From an uncultured archaeon (lineage in GTDB: Archaea; Hadarchaeota; Hadarchaeia; Hadarchaeales; WYZ-LMO6), in NCBI GenBank assembly GCA_938074535.1, contig CALJER010000051.1, positions 1 to 23,305 on the forward strand: a stretch of DNA of 23,305 bases, in the 5' to 3' direction. This document shows, one piece after another, positions 16,810-23,305 of the stretch; within the stretch, counting starts at the first letter, position 1; every line of letters starts with the position of its first letter. A program made the position numbers and the translations under genes. The notes beneath the pieces are model-generated. The model did not search any database. It had not been told where the DNA came from and was given only the letters and a program-made list of their open reading frames with translations.

Positions 16810-17055
16810 CTAGCCTCCCGTCACGCGGGGGATCAGCAAGAGCTCCACCTCAACGGCGCCTTCCCTGCTCTCTTCCTCGACGGCGCTCTCCACGACTTCG
16901 AGGTCCCCTCCCAGCAGCCGCGTCCCCTCTCCGGTCCTTATGGCCACCTGGTACCCCTGCTCGAGTTCCCGCCCCAGACGCTCTTCCAGTTCCTGCTCGG
17001 TGCAGACCAGAGAGGTATCACCGGAGGCCCCCAATTTCCTTATCACCAACCTCAT
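16810..17055 (-). CDS. Small protein with C-terminal diglycine, putative ubiquitin-like (beta-grasp) modifier or sulfur carrier
   Basis: 81 aa ending VELLLIPRVTGG-stop (compare MoaD/SAMP hydrophobic strand-PPVSGG); strong GGAGGTGA RBS at 17069-17062. Confidence 0.75.
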   Translation of the reverse strand: MRLVIRKLGASGDTSLVCTEQELEERLGRELEQGYQVAIRTGEGTRLLGGDLEVVESAVEEESREGAVEVELLLIPRVTGG

Positions 17056-17461
17056 CCTTCCTCACCTCCTTTTTGATAGGAGGAGCCCCATCCCCGGTAT
17101 TAAGCCGTGGAGGAAGAGAGTTCACCCCGCTGAAAAAAGTTCTCCCCCGGTCCGGGTGCCGCGACCCCAGCCTTAGGGACCTGTAGAACTCCCTGAACTC
17201 CTCGGTCTGCTCACAGACTTCCTCCCCCTTCGGCGTGGCCCGGTACCTGCGCTGGGGGAGGACCTCCACCCACCCCCTCTCGACCATGAGCTCCAGCATC
17301 TGGCGCATCCTGTCCCTGCGCTGGTGGCTCCTCACCCCGTGGTTCATTAGCCGGTAGAGGGTGAAGGGGCCCTCCTCTTTCCTCAGAACCATGTACTCCA
17401 GAAGCTCCAGGGCAGTGCACTCGGCCGGGAGATACTTGGACCTCTTCCCTTTTCCCTCCAT
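17018..17461 (-). CDS. Winged helix-turn-helix DNA-binding protein
   Basis: FTLYRLM...RMRQMLELMVERGWVEV...YRATPKGEE wing pattern. Start set at ATG 17461 because 17476 is too close to the TATA box. Confidence 0.75.
   Translation of the reverse strand: MEGKGKRSKYLPAECTALELLEYMVLRKEEGPFTLYRLMNHGVRSHQRRDRMRQMLELMVERGWVEVLPQRRYRATPKGEEVCEQTEEFREFYRSLRLGSRHPDRGRTFFSGVNSLPPRLNTGDGAPPIKKEVRKDEVGDKEIGGLR
17098..17104 (-). promoter_or_regulatory. Possible internal TATA box for the GG-protein operon
   Basis: CTTAATA on the minus strand about 45 nt before ATG 17055, leaving room for a ~20-nt leader containing the RBS. Confidence 0.4.
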
Positions 17462-17490
17462 GTGATCCCCGCCCATACTCCGGGCCCCCT

Positions 17491-17506
17491 CTTAAATACG
17501 TTTCGG
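17491..17506 (-). promoter_or_regulatory. BRE-TATA promoter of the wHTH gene
   Basis: Minus strand CCGAAA-CG-TATTTAAG, 30 nt before ATG 17461. Confidence 0.7.
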
Positions 17507-17536
17507 TAATCCCTAATCGTGAGGCTTTTCCTAACC

Positions 17537-17544
17537 TTTTTAAG
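17537..17544 (+). promoter_or_regulatory. TATA box of the ArsR-like gene
   Basis: TTTTTAAG ending 29 nt before ATG 17573. Confidence 0.6.
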
Positions 17545-17572
17545 CACAGGAGGCGAGAGGGGGAGAAAGAAA

Positions 17573-18172
17573 ATGCCGGAGATAGGTCCCTTCGCCAGCG
17601 TGGGGGTCTCGAGCGTCTTCTTCAGGATGGTGCTGGGGGAGACCACGCCGAAGGGAATAGCCAAGTCGCTGGGGACCAAGCCCTCCACGGTGGTGGAGCA
17701 CCTGCACAGGCTGCAGGAGATGGGGGTGGTGAAGCTGGGTGAGAAGGAGGGAAAGTACCAGCACTACGAGATCGACTGGAGGGGGTTCGCCAGGGCCTTC
17801 CTGCGGCACTCCTACACCCTCTCCCTCCTCGAAGCCGGGGGGCCAGGGGAGGAGCTGGAGGCCATGAGGGAGGTGGCGAAGGAGCTGGAGAGGATGGAGG
17901 AGTTCAGGGAGCTCCTGCGCCTGTACCTCCGGGAGCTGGTGGAGAACATGGAAAAGGGGAGATATCCGAAGCGCACCCTCTGGGGCCTCATTTACGGCTT
18001 CGAGGACTCCCTGGAGCTTCTCCCCTCCCTGAAGGGGAGGCTGAGCGGGAGGGGGGAGCTGGTGGCCCTGCTGGAGAGATGGGAAAGGTGCGCCCGGAGG
18101 TTCAGATCCCACGGACCAGCCTCAGCCCTCAAGGCCGCGCTGGGGCTTGAAAAAGCTCCGGGGAGGACCTAG
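17573..18172 (+). CDS. ArsR-like winged-helix regulator with helical C-terminal extension
   Basis: TPKGIAKSLG.KPSTVVEHL.RL.EMGVV....EGKYQHYEIDW HTH/wing; ATG 17573 preferred over GTG 17519 from TATA position. Confidence 0.82.
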   Translation: MPEIGPFASVGVSSVFFRMVLGETTPKGIAKSLGTKPSTVVEHLHRLQEMGVVKLGEKEGKYQHYEIDWRGFARAFLRHSYTLSLLEAGGPGEELEAMREVAKELERMEEFRELLRLYLRELVENMEKGRYPKRTLWGLIYGFEDSLELLPSLKGRLSGRGELVALLERWERCARRFRSHGPASALKAALGLEKAPGRT

Positions 18173-18255
18173 TTCCTTCCGCCGGACCTCACCGGAGGTG
18201 CCCCGCGGGTCCCCTCGGCCCCGACCGTGTCCCGGGACTGGTGTGGGCGTGTTGG

Positions 18256-18269
18256 GAAAAACGTTTATC
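18256..18269 (+). promoter_or_regulatory. BRE-TATA-like promoter
   Basis: GAAAAA-CG-TTTATC, 30 nt before TTG 18299. Confidence 0.6.
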
Positions 18270-18298
18270 CCTCCGGCACGGAAGTCCCGTGATCCACC

Positions 18299-18805
18299 TT
18301 GTCCCCCGGCAAGCTCACCAGGGAGGTCCCGGGCTGGAGCGATGCACCCGTCCCCATCTGCCTGGGGGGAGACCTCAGGGCCCTCACCTTCTGCTGCCAT
18401 CCCGACTACCCCCTCACCTTCTCCTCCCTCTGCCTCAGGGAAAGGGCCCTGGAGGAGGCCGGGCTTTCCCCCCGGAGGTACGTGGGGATCAAGGACTGGT
18501 TCTCCAGGCTGGTGGGCTGGGACTCACCGGACGTGTGCTTCGGCTCCCTCTCCTACTGCTGCATGAGGAGGAGGGGATGCCCGGGGGAGAGGGACAGAGT
18601 CCTGAGGGAGATGTACGGCGGACCCTTCGAGAAGGCCCTGGAGGAGTACTTCCTGAGGAAGAGGATCCTGTCCGCCCACCTCCTGCGGGAGGGCAGGGCA
18701 GGGGGGCAAGAGCTGGTGAAGAGGGAGATCGAAGGGATCCTGCGGACGGGCAGAAAGGACCTGATCTCCCTCCTGCACCTGAAGCCTCCATCCGGCCCCG
18801 CCTAA
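18299..18805 (+). CDS. Cys-rich protein resembling the methanogenesis marker 9 domain
   Basis: WSDAP..IC.GGDLRALTFCC...C and CFGSL.YCC...C..RD..L...EY..RK: two-fold internal Cys repeat characteristic of that domain as I recall it. Confidence 0.8.
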   Translation: MSPGKLTREVPGWSDAPVPICLGGDLRALTFCCHPDYPLTFSSLCLRERALEEAGLSPRRYVGIKDWFSRLVGWDSPDVCFGSLSYCCMRRRGCPGERDRVLREMYGGPFEKALEEYFLRKRILSAHLLREGRAGGQELVKREIEGILRTGRKDLISLLHLKPPSGPA

Positions 18806-18855
18806 GGGGCGGTTTCCGAGGAGCTTTGGGCTTTACCCGAAAGAAACGAAGGAAG

Positions 18856-19713
18856 ATGATGGAGCTCCTGAGGGAGTTCGACCCCTGGAGGGACCCCCTC
18901 TGCACCTGTCCACCCAAGCTCTCCCTCAACCCCTACACGGGCTGCCCCCACGCCTGCCTCTACTGCTACATCACCTCCTACATCCCGCACGGATTCCAGT
19001 GCCGGCCCAAGAAGGACCTGCTGCGCAGGCTGGAGGGGGAGGCGGGGAGGCTGGAGGGGGAGCCCCTCATCTCCATGTGCAACAGCAGCGACCCCTATCC
19101 ACCGCAGGAGAGGGAGCTCCTGCTCACCAGGGGCTGCCTGGAGAGGCTGAGAGGGAGGGCGAGGGTGCTGGTGGTGACCAAGTCCGACCTGGTGGTGAGG
19201 GACCTGGACCTCCTCTCACGCCTGCCCTGCACCGTGAGCATGACCCTCACCACCCTCAAACCGGGGCTGGCCCGCAGGCTCGAACCCGGTGCCCCTCCCC
19301 CCGAGAGGAGGCTGAAGGCCCTGAGGAAGCTGTCCGATGCGGGCGTGCCCGTGAGCGTGAGGCTGGACCCCCTGATCCCCGGTCTGAACGAGGGGGAGAT
19401 CCGGGACCTTGTGGAGGCCGCGGCCTCCGCGGGCGTCGGGCACGTGACCTCCTCCACCTTCAAGCCCAGGGCGGACAGCTGGGAGAGGATGAGGAGGGGC
19501 TTCCCGGAGCTTTTCCCGCGCCTGAGGGAGCTCTACCTGAAGGGGGAGAGGAGGAAGAGGAGCCTCTACCTCCCCAGGGAGAGGAGGAGGGAGCTCATGG
19601 AAAGGGTGAGGGAGGCCTGCCTCTCCCTCGGCCTGACCTTCTCCACCTGCAGGGAGGGCTTCCCCGACCTCCACACCTCAAGGAGCTGCGACGGGAGCCA
19701 TCTGATAGGATGA
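18856..19713 (+). CDS. Radical SAM protein, spore-photoproduct-lyase-like archaeal family
   Basis: FDPW...LCTCP.K.SLNPYTGCPHACLYCY (CxxxCxxC), SSDPYP..E, VTKSD, LEPGAP.P..R, RLDPLIP, C-terminal CREG...CDG.H. Confidence 0.9.
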   Translation: MMELLREFDPWRDPLCTCPPKLSLNPYTGCPHACLYCYITSYIPHGFQCRPKKDLLRRLEGEAGRLEGEPLISMCNSSDPYPPQERELLLTRGCLERLRGRARVLVVTKSDLVVRDLDLLSRLPCTVSMTLTTLKPGLARRLEPGAPPPERRLKALRKLSDAGVPVSVRLDPLIPGLNEGEIRDLVEAAASAGVGHVTSSTFKPRADSWERMRRGFPELFPRLRELYLKGERRKRSLYLPRERRRELMERVREACLSLGLTFSTCREGFPDLHTSRSCDGSHLIG

Positions 19714-19736
19714 AAGCCCCCACCGCGGAAGGGAAC

Positions 19737-20630
19737 TCAGGCCAGCGCCCTTCCCGCTCCAAGTCCCACCACCCCCAGCACCACCAGCAAAATCCCCAGG
19801 GCGGCCAGCAGCCTGGCCCTCCTCCCCCTCTCCCCGAACTCCCCGTAGTACAGGACACCCCAGAGAACCGCCACCAGCGTGCTGGCGGTGCCTATGGGGA
19901 AGGCCACGGCCACGCCGAGAGAGGGGACGGAGGAGAAGTTCACCAGGTTGCCGCCCATCCAGAGGAAGCCGGCCAGGAGACCCAGGAGATGCTCCCTCCT
20001 GCCCCCTCCCCACCAGGGGCCCAGGACCCCGACCAGAAGGGTGCGGAGGAAGTAGACCAGGAAGGCCCCCACCGCAATGAGGGCGCAGTACTGCACGGGG
20101 GTGATCCCAGCCTCCAGCGAGGCCGCCACCCCCGCCCCCCCGAAGGTTCCGAAGCAGAGGGCGCCCAGAAGGGCCCACCTCACCCCCTTCCACCCCCTTT
20201 TTCCCTCGAGGGACCTCCCCAGCACGAAGGCACCCAGGAGCATGGAAAGGAGGCCAAGGGAGGCGACGGCCAGCGGGAGGCCCCTTTCCATCTCCCCGAA
20301 GAGGAGAATCCCCCAGAGAAAGGCCACGGCCGCCGACAGGTTCAGGAAGGAATAGGAGTAGGCCAGACCTAGCTCCCTCACCGCCGAGAGCCCCGCATAG
20401 TTGCCCGCCGCCCAGACCACCCCGGAGAGGAGGGGGAGGAGGATCTCGGGTCCCCACCTCCCTCCCCCTTCCCTCAGGAAGACCGCCCAGGAGAGGAGCA
20501 GGCCCCCCAGGAGAAGGTCGTTGGAGAACTCCCAGGGGCCGAAGCGGCGGAGGTGCTTGAGGGGGTTGCAGTAGGTCCCCCAGAGAAAAGCGGAGAGGAG
20601 GCTGAGGAAAAGGGCCCCGGTGTCGATCAA
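19737..20630 (-). CDS. DMT-superfamily membrane transporter (GRP/GlcU sugar or ureide permease-like)
   Basis: About 10 hydrophobic segments in two repeats (G..WA.GN...GLA; G..W.GGN...GVAVAFPI...LWG...GE). Confidence 0.8.
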   Translation of the reverse strand: MIDTGALFLSLLSAFLWGTYCNPLKHLRRFGPWEFSNDLLLGGLLLSWAVFLREGGGRWGPEILLPLLSGVVWAAGNYAGLSAVRELGLAYSYSFLNLSAAVAFLWGILLFGEMERGLPLAVASLGLLSMLLGAFVLGRSLEGKRGWKGVRWALLGALCFGTFGGAGVAASLEAGITPVQYCALIAVGAFLVYFLRTLLVGVLGPWWGGGRREHLLGLLAGFLWMGGNLVNFSSVPSLGVAVAFPIGTASTLVAVLWGVLYYGEFGERGRRARLLAALGILLVVLGVVGLGAGRALA

Positions 20631-20704
20631 GGTGGCTCACCCCATCCCCTTACCTGAACCCGCCTAAAAGAGCACTGCCCTCCAAGGCAGGAAAAGGCTT
20701 CCGC

Positions 20705-21046
20705 TCAGCACGTGAGGTGAAGGGCCGCGGCCACCCTTCTGCCCCCCGACCTCCCGTTGAAGCTCTCCACCGCCCTGCCCGTCACCTCCGCCACCAGCTC
20801 TATTCCCCTCCTCCTCACCTCCCTCACCGTCTCGGGCGGAACTTCCATCTCCCCGTAGTACCCTCTTCCCACCACCAGCACCTCGGGCCTCTCCTCCAGC
20901 ACCTCCTTCAGATCCTCGGGGCTGAGCCTGTGTCCCTCCCTCCTCCACCACTCCCTTACCCCGCTGGGGAGGATGAGAACGTCCGAGGTGTAGACCTTCC
21001 CCTCTATCACGATCTTCCCGAACTCGTAGGAGTCTATCCTGGGCAT
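20705..21046 (-). CDS. Mth938-like (DUF498) protein
   Basis: IDSYEFG.I.I.G..Y..D, WW..GH, VVG.G..G.M, T..AV..FN, C-terminal HLTC. Confidence 0.92.
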   Translation of the reverse strand: MPRIDSYEFGKIVIEGKVYTSDVLILPSGVREWWRREGHRLSPEDLKEVLEERPEVLVVGRGYYGEMEVPPETVREVRRRGIELVAEVTGRAVESFNGRSGGRRVAAALHLTC

Positions 21047-21047
21047 C

Positions 21048-21734
21048 TCAGATCTTGTACACCTTCCCCGGCTCTGGAATCACCACCCTCACCCCCGGCA
21101 GTTCCCTCTCCGCCTTCCTCCCGAACTCCTCCGCCTCGTCGGGGGAGCAGTGGAAGGGAACCGCCACCCTGCACCCCAGCGTCCTGCTCATGCGGAGGGC
21201 GTCCTCCACGGAGGCCGTGGGGGAAGGCGCGCCGGCGGGCACGAAGGCCACCTCCGCCCTGCACTTTTCCAGCCCGGCGGTGAAGGAGGAGTCCGAGCCG
21301 TGGAAGAGCGTGAGACCGCCCGACTCCACCAGGAACATCAGGGGCTCCTTAGCGGGGTGCTCCGCCCCTATGCCCGTGATCCTGGCCCCCTCCACCTCCA
21401 CGGAGCCTCCGGCCTTGAGCTGCACCAGCTTCCCCACCTTCCCCTTCAGCATGGAATAGCTTCCGGGGTTGCATACCACCGTCCCGCCCGAGGTGCGCTG
21501 GAGCTCCACCAGCCTGGAGGCCTCGAGGTGGTCGAAGTGCTCGTGGGTGATGAGGAGGAGATGGGGCTTCCAGGCGGAGACCTCCTCCCTCCTCACCAGC
21601 TCGGCAGGGTCGAAGAGGAGGCGGTGCTCGGCCGTGCTGACGGCCAGGGCCGAGAACTCGAAGTAGACGAAACCCAGCTCGCCCCTGGAGAGCCTGAGCC
21701 TGGCAAGACCCCCCAGCCCTTCCCCCACCCTCAT
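21048..21734 (-). CDS. Metallo-beta-lactamase-fold hydrolase (UlaG-like)
   Basis: LFDP, LITHEHFDH (HxHxDH), AEHP, FHGSDS, VPFH. Confidence 0.88.
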   Translation of the reverse strand: MRVGEGLGGLARLRLSRGELGFVYFEFSALAVSTAEHRLLFDPAELVRREEVSAWKPHLLLITHEHFDHLEASRLVELQRTSGGTVVCNPGSYSMLKGKVGKLVQLKAGGSVEVEGARITGIGAEHPAKEPLMFLVESGGLTLFHGSDSSFTAGLEKCRAEVAFVPAGAPSPTASVEDALRMSRTLGCRVAVPFHCSPDEAEEFGRKAERELPGVRVVIPEPGKVYKI

Positions 21735-21743
21735 TCCCCTGCC

Positions 21744-21762
21744 TTATACCCCCGGGGATAAA
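21744..21762. promoter_or_regulatory. Overlapping divergent TATA boxes (MBL operon / hydro-lyase operon)
   Basis: Plus TTATAC (21744-49) starts 28 nt before ATG 21772; minus TTTATC (21762-57) starts 28 nt before ATG 21734. Confidence 0.6.
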
Positions 21763-21771
21763 TATCTGAAG

Positions 21772-22632
21772 ATGGGCGGTTCCGGGCAGAGGGAGCTGGA
21801 GGAGGCCTGCCTGGAGCTGCTGAGGAGGGCCAGCACGGGGCTCCCCTCAGACGTGAAGGCGGGACTGAGACGGGCGCTCCGCTCCGAGAGGGACCCCGTG
21901 GGAAGGGTGAACCTCAGGGCCATCCTCGAGAACGTGGAGGTGGCGGAGGAGAGGAAAGTTCCCCTCTGCCAGGACACCGGGATACCCCTCTTCTACTTCT
22001 GGATGGATCCCTCGGGCCTGAACCCCGTGAGGGCCGCGGCACGGGCCGTGAGGAGGGCCACGCAGGAGGGCCTGCTCCGCCCCAACACCGTCCACCCCCT
22101 CTCCAGGAGGAACCCGGGCGACAACCTGGGGAAGGAACTGCCCGCGGTGAAGGTGCTTCCCCCGCGGGGTGAGGGGGTGGAACTGGCGGTGATGCTCAAA
22201 GGTGCGGGGTCTGAGAACGTAAGCAGGCTGGGCATGCTCACCCCTGCGGAGGGGGAGAGGGGGCTGGTGGACTTCGTGGTGGGGACCGTGAGGGAGGCGG
22301 GAGGAAGGCCCTGCCCTCCCGTGATCGTGGGAGTGGGGGTGGGGGGGACGGCCTCCCTCTCCATGGAGCTGGCCCAGCTCTCCCTCCTCCGCCCCCTGCC
22401 CGAAAAGCATCGGGAGGCCCCCTTCAGGAGGCTGGAGAGGGAGCTGGAGGAGAGGATCAACCGCCTGGGCCTGGGACCCATGGGACTGGGGGGAAGGACC
22501 ACCTGCCTGGGGGTGAAGGTGGAGTACGCCCACACCCACACCGCCAGCCTTCCCGTGGCGGTGAACCTCCTGTGCTGGGCAGCCAGGAGGTTCAGGGCCA
22601 GGCTGAGGGGAGGTGAGCTGGAGTGGAGGTGA
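21772..22632 (+). CDS. Fe-S hydro-lyase alpha subunit (fumarate hydratase / tartrate dehydratase family)
   Basis: PLCQDTG, LRPN.V, KGAGSEN, PCPP..VGVGVGG, GPMGLGG.TT, H.ASLPVAV...CWA.R. Confidence 0.93.
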   Translation: MGGSGQRELEEACLELLRRASTGLPSDVKAGLRRALRSERDPVGRVNLRAILENVEVAEERKVPLCQDTGIPLFYFWMDPSGLNPVRAAARAVRRATQEGLLRPNTVHPLSRRNPGDNLGKELPAVKVLPPRGEGVELAVMLKGAGSENVSRLGMLTPAEGERGLVDFVVGTVREAGGRPCPPVIVGVGVGGTASLSMELAQLSLLRPLPEKHREAPFRRLERELEERINRLGLGPMGLGGRTTCLGVKVEYAHTHTASLPVAVNLLCWAARRFRARLRGGELEWR

Positions 22633-23189
22633 AGGAGCTCTCCCTTCCCGCGCGCAGGAAGGACGTGGGATGGCTCAGGGCAGGGGACCTGCTCTTCCTC
22701 ACGGGGGAGGTGGTCACCGCCAGGGACCGGGCCCACCTCAGGATGGCGGACCTGCTCTCCAGGGGAAAGGAGCTGCCCGTGGACCTCAGGGACGGAGCCC
22801 TCTACCACTGCGGGCCCGCCGTCAGGAGGGAGGGGAAGGAATGGCGGGTCCTCTCGGCAGGCCCCACCACGAGCTCCAGGGTCGACCCCCTCCTGCCCCG
22901 CCTCCTGCCCAGGCTCGGGGTGAGGGCCGTGATAGGGAAGGGAGGGGTGGGGGAGGAAACGAAGAGGGTGATGAAGAGGATGGGCTGCGTGTACCTGGCC
23001 TTCCCCGGGGGGTGCGGGGCGCTGGCGGCTAGGGCCGTGAAGGAGGTGAGGGGGGTCCACTGGCTGGACCTGGGCCAGCCGGAGGCCATGTGGGTGCTGG
23101 AGGTGAGGGGCCTCGGCCCGCTGGTGGTGGCGGTGGATCCGAGCGGAAGGGACCTGTACGAGGAAGTGAGGAGGAGGATGGGGGCCTGA
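22623..23189 (+). CDS. Fe-S hydro-lyase beta subunit (fumarate hydratase / tartrate dehydratase family)
   Basis: L.AGD...TG...TARD.AH, YHCGP, GPTTS.R, IGKGG, DLG.PEA.W, GPL.VA.D..G. Confidence 0.93.
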   Translation: MEVKELSLPARRKDVGWLRAGDLLFLTGEVVTARDRAHLRMADLLSRGKELPVDLRDGALYHCGPAVRREGKEWRVLSAGPTTSSRVDPLLPRLLPRLGVRAVIGKGGVGEETKRVMKRMGCVYLAFPGGCGALAARAVKEVRGVHWLDLGQPEAMWVLEVRGLGPLVVAVDPSGRDLYEEVRRRMGA

Positions 23190-23305
23190 AGGGGTACGTG
23201 GGCGAAATCTTCAGCTCCGTGCAGGGGGAGGGCCTGCTCGTGGGAAGGAGGCAGGTCTTCATCAGGTTCGCGGGCTGCTCCCTCCGCTGCTCCTACTGCG
23301 ACACC
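23186..23305 (+). CDS. queE: 7-carboxy-7-deazaguanine synthase (QueE/NrdG-like radical SAM), N-terminal fragment
   Basis: [36 protein letters not shown]; not in the ORF track; runs off the window; start codon uncertain (CTG 23186 or GTG 23198). Confidence 0.88.
   Translation, partial: MKGYVGEIFSSVQGEGLLVGRRQVFIRFAGCSLRCSYCDT

Noticed and set aside
14570-17186. Long plus-strand ORFs 14570-15976 and 15762-17186
   Set aside because: Antisense shadows of real minus-strand genes that also cross the tRNA; no protein motifs.
18173-18255. GC hairpin (ACCTC-ACCG-GAGGT) after the ArsR-like gene as ncRNA
   Set aside because: Short stem expected by chance at this GC content; no other support.
15729-18300. 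Integrated provirus or plasmid at tRNA-Pro
   Set aside because: No integrase, no repeat of the tRNA 3' end seen in the window, and composition looks host-like; at most an old accessory block.
1-23305. CRISPR array, IS element, rRNA, intein or tRNA intron
   Set aside because: No regular repeats, transposase motifs, rRNA sequence or oversized genes seen; recurring GGAGG/GAGG runs reflect Glu/Arg/Gly codon bias.

Overview
GC-rich archaeal chromosomal segment. The archaeal-type ribosomal proteins, aIF1, Rnp1, NadM, BRE/TATA promoters and heavy AGG/ATA codon use suggest a thermophile; the lineage cannot be fixed from this window. Order: end of the S10/spc ribosomal cluster (rps3 end, rpl29, aIF1, rnp1, rps17, rpl14, rpl24), which stops at rpl24; a histidine cluster (PHP phosphatase, hisC, G, A, B, D, I; no hisE/F/H) followed by apgM; a minus-strand rtcA / DRE-TIM synthase / isocitrate dehydrogenase unit; ogt, nadM, thiC, a class V aminotransferase and tRNA-Pro(GGG). 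An accessory-looking block at about 15.8-18.8 kb follows, then an SPL-family radical SAM gene, a DMT transporter, a Mth938-like gene, an MBL hydrolase, a two-subunit Fe-S fumarate/tartrate hydro-lyase and the start of queE. The best candidate for a new system is in the accessory block: an 81-aa protein ending LLLIPRVTGG (ubiquitin/SAMP-like diglycine tail, atypical N-terminus) apparently co-transcribed with an unknown 269-aa Cys-containing partner, next to two divergent winged-helix regulators, with no E1/E2/JAMM/MoaE gene nearby. Also notable are a Re-citrate-synthase-like enzyme coupled to IDH and a stand-alone methanogenesis-marker-9-like protein. All calls rest on motif recognition by eye; no searches were run.
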